64,000 bases of DNA, from the NCBI RefSeq assembly GCF_052425735.1, contig NC_135761.1, forward strand, positions 21,948,001-22,012,000, written 5' to 3'. This DNA comes from Oculina patagonica. Taxonomy: Eukaryota. This document shows positions 48,701 through 61,640 of this stretch, piece after piece (the stretch's first letter is position 1; every line of letters starts with the position of its first letter). The notes under the pieces were generated by a model that saw only the letters and a list, made by a program, of their open reading frames with translations, was not told the origin of the DNA and ran no database searches. Position numbers and translations under genes: made by a program.

Positions 48701-51700
48701 AATAGTCGACAGGATACCTCGTTTCGTAGCTGGTTTGTCTGGCTTTAAGACTTTAAACTGGAAAACATCTGTTTCGATATTCCACAGGACTGCCAACGCT
48801 CTCTCGATCGGCAGCTGATCCAAATCCAGGTTGAGAGTTGGCTGTGCTCGTTTATCTTCAGGTATGTTGGCTAACAGCTCACGAGAATTACTTGTCCATT
48901 TAGTCAGACGAAATCCGCCCCTCTCGAGAAGAGACATCAATTCGTGCGCCAGTGAAATTGCCTTACTGGTCGTCTCCACAGCCTTCAGCAAATCGTCAAC
49001 GTAGAAATCTTCTTGGACAGCCCTAACGGCTTCTTCGCTAAAGTCGTTCTTGTTATCTTCAGCGGTTCTTTTCAGGCAAAAGTTTACACAGCTCGGAGAA
49101 TCTTTAGCGCCAAAGATGTGACGGACCATCTGGTACTCCCCAGGAGGTCTATTTAGATCGCCTTCCTCCCACCACAAGAAACGGAGAGCGTCAGCGTCTT
49201 CAGCAGGTACTTTCACTTGAAGAAACATGGATTGTATGTCTGCAACAAGAGCGATGCGTTCCTGTCTGAATCTCAGCAACACACCAAACAGACTGTTCGT
49301 TAAATCAGGCCCTCGATTCAACTGGCTGTTGAGGGAGACTCCATCATGATTTGCTGCTGCATCAAATACTACTCGAATTTTCCCCGGTTTTTGCGGGTGA
49401 AAGACACCGTGGTGCGGTAGATACCACGTCCTGGGACTTCGAGCCTCCGCCTCCACCTCGGTCAGCTTTCTAGCATAGCCTTTTACCAAAAGGTCGTCCA
49501 TAAAGTCCCGGTATTTGCATAGCAACTGCTCCTCTTTGCACAACTTTCTTTTCAGAGAGCGAAGTCTAGCTTCGGCGGTCATTTTGTTGTTTGGCAACCA
49601 CGGATTTTCGTACTTCCAGAGCATTCTGACCTCATAACGGCCGTCTACTAGGCGAACAGAACTGTTCAGCTTGTGTAAAGATTCTCGATCTTCGACTGAC
49701 ATCCCCTTCTTACTGCTACTAATGCATTCAATGTTTTCAAATCCAAGAAAATGATTCATCTGTTGGTCCAACATCTGGCTACCATACTTTAGAAAGTTCA
49801 CGTTTACTTTGTCAGATGTTATTCCAATGCTGCTGTTAAGCGGTCCCAGAATGGACCACCCCAAAAGGGTCCGGACAGCATACGGTTCTCCGGCTCTTCC
49901 AACGCGAACTTCTTCGTGTATCTGAACTTCAGGGACGTTTGCTCCTATAAGCAAGGTAACTTCTTCCTCGTCAATCTCTGGCATTGCTATCCCATTTAGG
50001 TGTTCCCATTTCGACAAGTCCTGTGGTCTGGACGAGCTCACATTGAGATTCTCAACAACCTTGACGTCGTGAATCTGAATTCGGTGGCCTTCTGAATCTT
50101 CTATTGGTAAGACTACTAGGTCCACTTTGCCTACACGCACAGTTGTCTCGCCAGTCAAGGTACACACCACCAACGACTCGAAACTCTTTATTCTCAAACT
50201 TAGCTGGTCAGCGGTAGGTTTGGCAATAAACGAATCCTCGCTTCCCGTGTCGAGCAATGCCCATGTGTTCACCGTTTGCCCATTCTCCCCCTCCAGTCTC
50301 ACAGGTACCACTTGCAGGGCAACTTTATGCGACTTAAAGGCTGTCTGGCTGCATGCTTTGTAAGATGCAGACTTAGCAAAGTTCACCACGCTGACCGTTG
50401 CGATGCCGCTGGCAGCTTGGTCAAAGGTGGGGACACTGGATGTACCACTTTCAGCTGTCATTACGTTCGCAGACACTTTAACTTGATCATGGTTTTGACT
50501 AGGAGAACCTGAGGTTCTACCATCGCCCGTCATTACGCTGGCAGATACTTGTTCCTGGCTTTGGCAAGGGGAATCAACACAATCCGACGCAGCGTTGTGT
50601 AAGAGGACATGATGTTTCTGTGAGCACAGGTTACACTTCGATTTGAAAACACATTGAGTAACCAAATGTCCTTTCCTCAGGCAATTCAAACAAAGCCCTC
50701 TTCCTCGAACGAAAATCTTTCTTTGTCTCAGAGTTAGTTTCTTAAATTTACCGCAATCCTCCAAGTAGTGGGATTCCTGGTAGTTCATACATTTTGCTGA
50801 TCGACCTGTATTGCGTGGATCCTTCTGCTGAGGTGAACCAGATGTGAGCTGCGTTGCTAGCGTTGTCACTTTACCTTCGGCTCCAGGCGCGCTAGGTACT
50901 TTGGGATTTTTCCTGCCAGGTTTGATCGGAGCTCTGCTTGTTTCTCCAATTCGACCAAAGATTGGATCGTTTATAGCATCTGCGCGTTTCTCAATGAACT
51001 CCAACAGATCTTTGAAACTTGGTAGTGTCCCTCGCTCACGGATCCGCTGAGCCTCGTCCCTCCATTTAGCTTGATGCGCAGTAGGAAGCTTTCCCGCCAT
51101 TTTTCCCAGATTGGTGAGATTCATCTCAGACAAAGCATTCATTGCAACCAAAGTCTCATACAAGGTCCTGCTACGATCCGCAAACTCTCTTAAGCCTTCT
51201 TTGTCACTGTTCGAAATGTTTGGTCCTTCAATTAAACCATCAACGCATGCTTTCACTATCATGTGAGGCTGGCCAAAACGTACCTCAAGTAATCGCACGG
51301 CCTTCCTAACTCCACCGGGCATGCCTTCAAACCCTTCCACTGCTTTTCTCGCTTTGCCTTCGAGGAACTGCAATAAACGAGACATCTTTTGCGAATCAGA
51401 CAGATTCTGAGAGTCCACCATTTGATGGAAACGCGCCTTGAATTTGAAGAACTCGCTTGGATCTCCGGAAAACTTAACTACCTCCAGTGGGGGTAGGGTC
51501 GCCCCGGTCGCAATCAAGTTCATATTGGTGACAACACTCTGAAGAATACGTGTTTGTAACTTTCTCAGACGATCCACCATACTCCCTTTTAGGCTGAGCA
51601 AGAGGGCGGACATTGGGATCCTTAGTCGAACTTGAGATCTTTTCAGGGGGTATTGGTTTTGGGGCAAAGACGCGCGGCTGAGGCTCAGGCATATCCTTTC

Positions 51701-52310
51701 TTTGATCGAGATGCTGCCTTCCCTTCTCTACCTCAAGCTCAGCGAGTGGATCATCGATGCTCGACGTTTATGAATCCAATTGCTCATAAAATCGGGTTTT
51801 TACTCGGGCTAACTCGGCCTCGTCTTCAGCGTCAGCTATTTCATTCTCCAACTGCAACATTTGCTGTTCCAATCTTCTCTCTTTTGCTCTCCTTAATTGC
51901 GCCAATCTCACTTCGGCCATTACGCTTTCAATTGCAGCGTTTTCACGTAACCTTGAACTTGAACTACGACTTGAACGCCTGGATTTCCGAGAACCGCCCG
52001 AAACAGAACTCCGTGCATCTTCCACACGATTAGAACGGTCTTTAGTAACAACTGTTTCCGTTCCTCTATTCGTAAAGTTAGTACGAGTCATGAATTGTTC
52101 GATCAGAAAACTGTATCTTTCGTAAGCTCGAGCTCGATCATCAAAACGATCGCTTTCATTCGCCTTTTCTCTCTCACCAGGCAAATGCTTCATAAGTACA
52201 GTTGCTCGTGTACAAAACAATACTTTGACCATTGATCCTTCAATCGACGACTAAGCTCCATTACTTCGCCAGCATGGCGATAATCCTTGAGCACTTCGTC
52301 CAGACGGCTA
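45776..52310 (-). mobile_element. BEL/Pao LTR retrotransposon, frameshifted, 5' LTR lost; 3' LTR 45776-46353
   Basis: gag with CCHC knuckles (CLNCLRKGHLVTQC), protease LLDTGS, RT YLPHH/FYVDD, RNase H SDAS, integrase GVDFFGP after RNase H. LTR bounded by TGT...ACA with a PPT-like GGGGCCGC adjacent (minus strand). Confidence 0.92.
45864..46145 (+). mobile_element. Full-length tRNA-derived SINE inside the BEL LTR
   Basis: A-box TGGCCGAGTGG, B-box GGTTCAAGTCC, (ATT)n tail. Confidence 0.85.
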
Positions 52311-52320
52311 CAAATCTTCG

Positions 52321-52997
52321 TCATCTCACCGTGATGACCAGCTTTCGATCTTTTTTCCTTTTCTGTTCCTCCAGTTGTGCTATATGATTCTTCAACTGTT
52401 CTTCAGCGGTTGGTTCTGAGTTTACCGAACTGGATGCATTCTTCTCAAACCGAAGTTTTTTACGTCGTTGGAACACATTCTCTGGCCGCTGCTGTGTTGT
52501 TTTGGTCCATGCAAAAACTGACGGCACTGCTTGATCCCTTAACCGCTTCCTTCCAGCCAACGTGGTTTGAATTTCATCTGTTTTAAAATGCTCTGAGCAA
52601 ACCAACGTGGAGTCTTTTTCTATCTGTAAACAATCGCCGATCGATCCAATGTTAAATTGATTGTTTATACTGTGAAAAACTCCACAAAGGAAACTAATCA
52701 TAATTACATAATTCACTATTGCTGCAAAAATCAACGTTTATTGAGCTTATGTTTAGGTCTAAGTCAAGCAAAGTCAAGAACAGCGATCAATCGTAAACAA
52801 CCTATTTAATTTGTATGCTGTTTATGCACGATTTTTACCTTGAACAAAGGGCCTTCATCACGTCGTATGGCAATTATCCAAGCCTTTCTTAGCTGTCCAT
52901 CCTTCGGGAAATTAAAAAACTTCAAATTTTTTCCGGTAGCAGATGATTTACGTTGGTCGTTGTTACACAAAGGAACACAACAATGATAGTGCTCCAT
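52321..52997 (-). mobile_element. 5' fragment of a THAP-domain DNA transposon gene (exons 52997-52839 and 52623-~52330)
   Basis: MEHYHCCVPLC...FPKD..W..AIRRDEGP | ..VCSEHF...AVPSVF complete THAP signature across a GT-AG intron; truncated at the BEL junction. Confidence 0.75.
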
Positions 52998-53289
52998 CTT
53001 GGAAATTCAAATGATGCACGGCTAGCCTCGAGGCCATCTCTACGTTTCAACAAAGACAACGGATCTTTATCCAACGTCACTTTCTGATCAACTAATGCAA
53101 AACAGAACTGCTAAACCTCTCGAAAAAATTCCTTTACAACACTTTTTTGAGTGTTTTATCGAAGGAATCAGAAAAACACATAAAAGTTCTGTTTGCATAT
53201 TTTCACGCTAATTACACGGCACATTGAACGTGTTAGCTTCACACCTAACAGGATCCAAATTCACCTTCACACGAGTGGTCAATTAATTT

Positions 53290-56200
53290 CGGCCAATCAG
53301 CTTCGCTCTTTAACGACCAATCAGAAACAACTTGCTGGATCAAGTATGCTATATAAAGAGACCTGACTCCATACCTGCCACTATGAACAAGCTCCCATCG
53401 AGAGCTATTCGAAAAAAGCTAAAAAGCAACTGACGAAGGATCCCATTGTTTGGTTCCGAAACCGGTCTTGCACTACAAGCTTAAAAACAGTTCTCTTCAG
53501 AACTCTACCATGGCGACAGCAGTTTCCGACCAGGAGATGGTTGCCATTTTAGCAGACATGGCGGACAGTTCACCTCCCGCAATATCACCAGTCAAGTCAC
53601 CTAAACGAACACGTGACGCTGAAAGTCCAGAGATTCCTGAACCACAACCGGCCCACAAAAAGCAGAGACCAGAATCTGAGGGCGCCAAAACCATCCGGAA
53701 TCGCCTCACAGCACTGGAAACCAGACGAGCCAAAGTTAAACGGTCACTCCAAGTCCTAAAAGAACACGCAAAGAACTCTACGTGTCCCTACGGACTCCAG
53801 TACAGACCGAGACCACACATACGGTTCGACCAGACCTTCCAGACAGCCTTGGACCAGATCAGCCGTAACGCCCAGGCGGAACTACTCGCGCTTATGATCC
53901 AACAACAGGAAACTAACCTAGCTGCAGACAACCAGGCAATCCTGAAACAACAGCAGCTGCTCCAGAACCTGTGCCCAGACCAGCCAAGCAGTTCCCAGGC
54001 TTACAGAAATCACGCTGCCAGAGCCAGACCTAGACCCAGGCCTAAGTCAAAGACATTACAGAACAATGTTCAACAAAAAAATTGTAATCGTGATCTCGCT
54101 TCCGTACAAGCTCAGCTTCCTGAGCTACAGAAAATGTTATGTAAAATAAGTGAGGCAAACAATGTAAATAAAGGCAGAGTTGAACAGTATATTGGTGTGT
54201 CAAATCTCTCTGACTCCAAGGGTTCCACGCGAAATATTACAAAGGGTCATAAGAAACGCTCTCAAAGACGCAAACACCTCAAAACCTCATTAACCTACAA
54301 CACTAGAGCTAAGAACGAGAAATACATCAAAAATTTCTCTTATAAAGCTCTTTCAGACGACGAGGTTAAACTTCTTTCTAGAGGTCTCAAATTCATACCA
54401 ACCCCTCCAGTTCCTAGCTCTAATAAATCCTTACTAAAGGATTTTAATAATTTCGCTCGAACAATGCGTTTAAAATACATGTTCGCAGACAAAAAGAAAA
54501 CTACTCCTCATCCCTTCCATGTCAAATCTACATGGCAACCACCTATTCAAAACTCGGTTGCTCGTGAAAAATACCTGGAAGAGACAAAACTAGAACTAGA
54601 CTCAGTAGTTTTCCGCTCTCAAAACGATAATATTTCAGCGAACGAAAGAAAAGCTATTTTCTCACTCAAACGCAACAGCGAATTCAACCTCAAACGAGCT
54701 GATAAAGGAACGACAACAGTCATTATGGACACGGCACAAAAAATAGAAGAAGGCTTAAAACAATTATCTGATGATAACTTTTACAAGCCTCTAACATCCC
54801 CTATTGTGCTTGAAACCGCCAAAAAAGTAAACGACATAGTTAACAAACTATTTCGTTCAGGCAACATCGATCAAATGACTCACAAATGGTTGACAATCGG
54901 TCTTAGACAACCGACGCATACCAGAATTTTACACGATGACTAAAATACATAAGAAAATTCCAGTCGGCAGACCAATTGTCTCTGGTAGTAGCGGTCCTAC
55001 AGAGCGCATTTCAAGTTTTGTTGACTCACTTTTACAATCCATCGCCGTGAAACAAGAGTCATATTTAAAAGACACTACCCATTTTATCAATTTCATTGAA
55101 AACACGCACATTCCAGACGATGTGATTCTAGCCACACTCGACGTAAGTTCTCTTTATACTAACATTCCTCAATCAGAAGGAATCGAAGTGATTTGCCGTT
55201 ACTATGAAAAACACTATGAGCACAACCTACCGATTCCCACAAACGACTTACGGGAACTCATGCGGCTCATACTCGAAGAAAATTCTTTCAAATTCAACGA
55301 AAGACATTTCATACAAACTCACGGCGTTGCTATGGGAACTAAGATGGCGGTCGCTTTTTCTGTCATTTTTATGGCAGATCTTGAAAAGCGACTCCTTCAG
55401 GCTAGCCCTATTCAACCTCTTGTCTGGAAACGATTTATTGATGACATATTTTCTCTGTGGAAGATTCCCATGAAAGAAGTTACCGATTTCGTTAACTTCG
55501 CAAACTCCTTCCACCCTACAATTAAATTCACTTGCGAAATGTCATCCGAGCACGCGGTTTTCCTTGACACCGAGGTTTTTAAAGGACCTCGACTCACAAC
55601 TCTCAAAATCCTTGACTTAAAAACACATTTTAAGCCCACTGAAACGTTTCAATATACGGACTTCTCATCTTGCCACCCTTTTAACACTAACAAGGGTTTT
55701 ATCAAAGGAGAAGCATTGCGTCTTTTGAGAACAAACTCAGTCAAAGAAAACTTTGAAACAAGCAAACGAGACTTCGAACAAAGACTCTGCGAAAGAGGCT
55801 ACCCTTTAACACTCGTTCATAAAATCTTGACTGAAATACAGTTCACCGACAGGAAAGAGGCGCTTCGAAACAAAACAAAACAAACTAAAGAGATTCTACC
55901 GTTTGTCACGACTTACAACCCGGCCGCACCGAATCTTAAAAAGATCCTTATGAAACACTGGCACATTATTCAACAACAGCCTAAACTCAAACAAATCTTT
56001 AACCAGCAACCGATTGTATCTTATAAGAAGGAAAAATCTCTCAAGGACATTCTTGTCAGCGCTAAACTTCCTTCAATCAAACAACAATCACAAAATCAAT
56101 AAAGCGTTAAGTTACAACTTGAAGGAAATTTACATATGATCAGTTTAAACCAGCCCTAATTTAACAGTCGCGCAAAAAATGTTTTCTGCCGACTTCGCAT

Positions 56201-56320
56201 TAATTGGGCTTAATATACTCCTGATCACAGAAACACTGGATCCGTTTAGTTGATCTTTCTAATTGCGAACGTAGAAGCTGAGGTCTTGTAGACTTTAATA
56301 AACACTTGCGTGACAAAGGA
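53290..56320 (+). mobile_element. Penelope-like retroelement (ORF ~53510-56102 with one frameshift near 54915), no GIY-YIG domain seen
   Basis: PLE motifs LLSRGLKFIPTP, KRADKG, KIHK..GRPIVS, LDVSSLYTNIP, GVAMGTKMA, WKRFIDDIF, FLD, KPTET..Y..SCHP. CCAAT boxes (53293, 53317) and TATATAAA (53351) upstream. Confidence 0.9.
53426..53471 (+). ncRNA. Minimal type I hammerhead ribozyme of the Penelope-like element
   Basis: GCAA-CTGACGA-AGGATCC...GGTTCC-GAAA-CCG-GTC-TTGC: conserved core, stem I GCAA/TTGC, palindromic ACCGGT stem III, GUC cleavage triplet at 53465-53467. Confidence 0.8.
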
Positions 56321-58305
56321 GTATTGACCTCGTAAAGGATTATTGTGTCTTATTTGGTTGGTTAGTTCCTTATTGAACCCATGTTATCTGACGGCAGCCT
56401 ATTGTCCTCGTACTGGATTATTCTGTCTCATTTGGTTGGTAAGTTCGTTATGAAACTCATAGTAACTGACAACACACTATTGACCTCGTAAAGGATTATT
56501 CTGTCTTATTTGGTTGGCGAGTTTCTTATGGAACTCAAAATAACTGACAGCAGCCTATTGCCCTCGTACTGGATTATTCTGTCCTACCTAGTTGGTGAGT
56601 TATATATATAGACCTCGTTTTGGATCACTCGAATGGGATTACTCTGTTTTTTTTTTTTGTAGGTGAGCTCCTCATGGAACTCATAATAAATAACAGCAGC
56701 CTATTAACCTCTATTGGATTATTCTGTCTCATTTGGTTGGTGAACTCCTTATGGAATGCATAGTAACTCACCTTATAATAACTGACTAATAATAACTCAT
56801 AATAACTGACCTGGTACTGGATTAATCTGTCTTATTTGATTGGTAAGTTCCTTATGGAACTCATATTAACTGACCGCAGCCTATTGACCTCGTACTCGAT
56901 TTTTCTGTCTTATTTGGTTGGTGAGTTCCTTATGGAACTCATAATAACTGACAGCAGCCTATTGACCTCTTGCTGGATAATTCTATCTTTTTTGGTTGGT
57001 GAGTTCATTATGGAACTCATAGTAACTGACAGCAGCCTATTCACGTCGTACTGGATTATTCTGTCTTACTTAGTTGGTGAGTTATATATATTAACCTAGT
57101 AAGGGATCCCTCGTAAGGGATTATGCTGTCTTATTTGGTTGCTGAGTTCCTTATGGAACTCATAATAATTAAAATCGGCCTATTAACCTCGTGCTGGATT
57201 ATTGGGTCTCTCCCCAGTATCACCAATAGTTTTGACATTGGCTCCAGACCTCTCGCTCTCGTTTCAACACCGTTCGCGTTCGCAAAAGATACGACTGTTT
57301 TGCAGTCTAGGGATCCCTCGTAAGGGGTTTTTCTGTCTTATTTGGTTGGTGACTTCCTTATGGAGCTCATAATAACTGACAGCAGACTTTTGACCTGGTA
57401 ACGGATTATTCTGTCAGCATTATTGACCTCGTACTGTATTATTGTGTCTTATTTGGTTGGTGAGTTCCTTATGGAACTCATAGTAACTGACAGCAGACTA
57501 TTGACCTCGTAAAGGATTATTCTGTCTTATTTGGTTGGTGAGTTTCCTATTGAACTCTAAATAACTGACAGCAGCCTATTGCCCTCGTACTGGATTTTTG
57601 TGTCTTACTTAGTTGTTGAGTTATATATATAGACCTGGTTTGGGATCCCTCGTATGGGATTACTCTGCCTTATTTGGTTGGTGAGTTCCTTATGGAATGC
57701 ATAGTAGTTCACCTTATAATAACTGACTCATAATAACTGACCTCGTACTGGATTATTCTGTCTTATTTGGTTGGTGAGTTCCTTATGGAACTCATAGTAA
57801 CTGGCAAAAGGCTATTGACCTCGTAGTGGATTATTCTGTCTTATTTGGTTGGTGAGTTCCTTATGGAACTCATAGCAACTGACTTTATAATAACTTATTC
57901 ACAATAACTCATAATAACTGACCTCGCACTAGATTATTCTGACTTATTTAGTTGGTGAGTTCCTTATGGAACTGATAATAATTGACAGCAGATTATTGAC
58001 CTCGTAACAGATTATTCTGTCAGCATTATTGACCTCGTACTGGATTATTGTGTCTTATTTGCTTGGTTAGTTCTTTATAGAACTTATAATAATTGACAGC
58101 AGACTATTGACCTCGTAAAGGATTATTCTGTCTTATTTGGTTGGTGAGTTCCTTATTGAACCCATGTTATCTGACGGCAGCCTATTGTCCTCGTACTGGA
58201 TTATTCTGTCTCATTTGGTTGGTAAGTTAAATATATAAACCTCGTTTCGGATCCCTCGTATGGGATTACTCTGTCTTATGTGACCAGGTTCACAAAAACG
58301 TGACA

Positions 58306-58621
58306 CCCGGGGGGGGGACTCGCATATGAAAGTGACGGGGATGCTCGTCGTCTCGCTTAGGGGTGTAAATTACGGACTTTTGGTCTCGCTTAGGGTGTCT
58401 TGGGAAAAATCGCCCAAAACGCCAATATTTTTAGCCATAATTGTCTCGTTTAGGGTTACACACGAAGAAATATACAAATATAAACTTCTTTCTTATTTTT
58501 TTGGTATCTTTTAGGGGTCAAGAAAGGCTTGAGCCACACCCAGATTGGTCTCTTTTAGGGGTTCTTTTCAAAATCTCCGACGAGCATCCCCGTCCGTTTC
58601 ATATGGGAGTCCCCCCCCGGG
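58306..58621. mobile_element. MITE inserted in the Gypsy LTR, 8-bp TSD
   Basis: TIR CCCGGGGGGGGGACTCGCATATGAAA / TTTCATATGGGAGTCCCCCCCCCGGG; TSD ACGTGACA (58298-58305, 58622-58629). Confidence 0.88.
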
Positions 58622-61034
58622 ACGTGACACTGCATTTTGAGTATAAATTTAGAATTACAGTTTAGTAGAAACTATTTCCTTTCTTTACTGAATCAACCCA
58701 CATAATCTAACCACACAGGATTTACATCATGAATTTCCTATATGTCACACCACCACACCTTGTATTAGAATCATAAGAATTTCCTTCTATTGTTTGTTTC
58801 CTTATAAAAGAAGTGCAGTTAGTTAGTTTAATTCAATAGTTCAAAGTGTTCAAGCTAGACCTGCACTTACAAGCTGAGGACCCCTTGGTCAAGTTCAGTA
58901 CTATTGCTTGTGACCTAAGTCAGTGATTCATTTCACTAAGGATTTTGGTATGTCACGTTTGACCTTGTTATTATGTTTACAGTTTAGGTTTATTAGTTCA
59001 ATACTACAGTCAACATGTACTTATCTTAAGCCAATTGTCTAGTCTTTGTGTGAATCCTCTGTTGATTCATATCCAAATTGTATCCAGAAGAACATTGCAT
59101 ATGTAGTTTCTAAAACATTATATCTACATGAAACTCATTTTGTTACACAATACTGCAAGAGTTCATTGTTGAAATTAGATATTTCACTGTTAGTCTAGCT
59201 TTGTTTAATCCAGCTATGACGACAGATGTTGTCCTGTCACAAGTTTACAGTTTTTCTTAGTTTTGTGTCAAAGAATCATTTAAATCACCATCAAGATTAG
59301 TTTATTTCATTGTTTTGCTATGTTGAGCTATTATTCGGTATATAACACTTGTTTTTAGTTCATTCACATTTAGTTCTAAGAATAGCTCTCTAATAAGTGT
59401 CAGTTTTATTTCTAGATAAGAGGATTAATATTTTACTTAGTGTCATGCAATGTTTATTGTTTCGTCATGCAATACTTTGTAGGAATTTAGTGAATGATCA
59501 TTTGCAAGACTCTAGTTGTACTATTATTTCTGTATTATATTTTGATTATTTTATTGTAATATTTTTAGTGATTTGTTATTGTAATTTATTCTTTTCAGTT
59601 TGCAATCACCCTTTTTCTTTTTGTAATCTGTATTCCTGCATAAATAAATTTTATTGTGGCTATAAGTCTGATTCGTTGTTCACTAACAACACCAGAACCT
59701 GCCTCGGTCACATTTGGCGCTGCGAGCAGGATACAAAAAGAAACCAATTTAAAAAAATCAGCAATTTTAAAAAAAGGGTGGTTGCAATAACAACACAAGG
59801 ATCAAATCACCATGACTACAGAGGAGTTATCAACCAAAGTGGATGAGTTGACTAAGATGTACAAAGAGGCAATGGAAGAACTAAAGGCCCAGAAGGAATC
59901 TACCAACCCGACTCAAGTGTCATCCTCAAAACCAGCAACAGGAAGTGGCACAAAGCAGAAACAAATTGTTGTCTTTCCCCGGGACAAGAAGATTAAGAAC
60001 TTCACTGGGAAAAAGACAGAAGGCGACCAACCAGTTGAAGACTTTATAGAAGAACTCAGGACAACCTTCGAAGCGAGAGAAATGACCTCACCTGAGAAAG
60101 TGGACTTCATAATGTCTCACCTGGATGGACCAGCTAAAGAAGAGATACGAATGTACAGCAAGAAGGAGCGAAGCAACCCAGACTTTCTTCTAGATGTTCT
60201 GGCACAAGCATTTGGAGAGAAAAGGTCCAGCTCCCAACTCCTGAAGATGTTCTATGAGCGCAAGCAGAAAGAAAACGAAACACTTCGAGGGTACTCGTAC
60301 AGATTGAATGAACTACTCAAGCGCGCCACTAAAGCAGATCCAAAGGCAGTCCCCGACCCAGAGAAGACTCTACGGGACCAATTTGCAGACAATGTGAGGG
60401 ATCCCTTTCTTAGGAAGGAACTGAAGAAGTTCATCAGAGAGCGTCAACCCCCATTCTTACATTTGAGGGAGGAAGCATTACGTTGGTCAGAAGAGGAGGA
60501 AAGACGACAGCGTATCATGCCCAGGCCCCAATCATCACAGGAAGTAGCGGCTGACATCCCAGATGAGAGTTCTTAGTGTAGTGCTAGCTCCACCGCCACC
60601 CCCATGGATAAGGTATTGGAGGTCCTGCTCAAGCAGCAGAAGTCCCTAGAAGAACTGACGAGTTCGATTAGAGATATCAAGTAGCCAAGGACCCATATCC
60701 CGCCCAAGGAATGGAGTGGACGGCGCCCTGATATTGTTTGTTTCAATTGCAACAAGAAGGGACACATTGCCAGAAACTGCCAGGTGAATGATGACCGTTT
60801 TGTCAGGAGAGGACCACCACAAGGAAGACAGCGCCCTGACAAGTCGTCAAACTAACTCCCTCTGCCACAAGGAGCCAAGTGACAGCAGGGGACAACAATG
60901 GCTCAAATATGGATATGTCAAGAATGTACGAGAAAGCAGTTGGAGAGTGCCCAGTGACCTCAGTACGACTGGATGGAGTAGACGTACCTTGCCTCTTGGA
61001 CTCAGGATCTGAAGTATCCACAATCACAGAAGAG

Positions 61035-61156
61035 ATGTAATGTATATGAAATGATTCATATATGAACTGCGGATGTATATGAGAGTGATAAATGATCGTC
61101 GCAGTGAATTTCCAATTTAAGCAATTGGAATAAAGAAGCCTGAAAAAAAAAATTCA

Positions 61157-61190
<34 letters not shown>

Positions 61191-61276
61191 GTTACCGGTG
61201 CGATGCTCTACCAACTGAGCTATTGAAGCCATGTGTGGCTTCAATAGCTCAGTTGGTAGAGCATCGCACCGGTAAC

Positions 61277-61310
<34 letters not shown>

Positions 61311-61531
61311 TGAATTTTTTTTTTTTCAGGCTTCTTTATTCCAATTGCTTAAATTGGAAATTCACTGCGACGATCATTTATCACTCTCATATACATCCGC
61401 AGTTCATATATGAATCATTTCATATACATTACATCATTTCACTCCTCTCACGGGAAAATATGAACTCACAATTGACCTCGCTCCCATGTGTGGCTTCAAT
61501 AGCTCAGTTGGTAGAGCATCGCACCGGTAAC

Positions 61532-61565
<34 letters not shown>

Positions 61566-61640
61566 TGAATTTTTTTTTTCAGGCTTCTTTATTCCAATTG
61601 CTTAAATTGGAAATTCACTGCGACGATCATTTATCACTCT
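61035..61640. mobile_element. tRNA-derived repeat: one inverted partial copy plus ~1.6 tandem 255-bp units, inserted in the Gypsy protease
   Basis: TSD CAATCACAGAAGAG (61021-61034 / 61641-61654). Unit period 255 (61232 to 61487). Cloverleaf-like head GGCTTCAATAGCTCAGTTGGTAGAGC...GGTTCGAATCCCGTTGAAGCC. Confidence 0.9.

Larger units (their letters stand above)
34674..58278 (+). repeat. Main 78-bp satellite array with a ~1.02-kb higher-order repeat, interrupted by several retroelements (segments 34674-35131, 37885-41692, 42954-45775, 56322-58278)
   Basis: Period of 78 bp (e.g. TGGTTGGT at 39213 and 39291). A HOR marker segment recurs at ~38483, 39502, 40522, 44291 and 57203. Confidence 0.95.

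Noticed and set aside
19769-57323. Many hydrophobic repeat ORFs (LVGEFLMELIITDSSLLTSYWIILSY)
   Set aside because: They are a by-product of the 78-bp (26-codon) period, with frequent stops and frameshifts and no gene structure.
34674-58278. CRISPR-like array (regularly spaced palindromic repeats)
   Set aside because: The intervening sequences are themselves repeated, so there are no unique spacers. There are no cas genes and the context is eukaryotic. It is a satellite.
61237-61310. Functional tRNA-Thr(GGT) genes
   Set aside because: The anticodon stem is mismatched, the acceptor/D-arm spacing is irregular, a GGT anticodon is atypical for eukaryotes, and the copies are part of a TSD-flanked mobile repeat.
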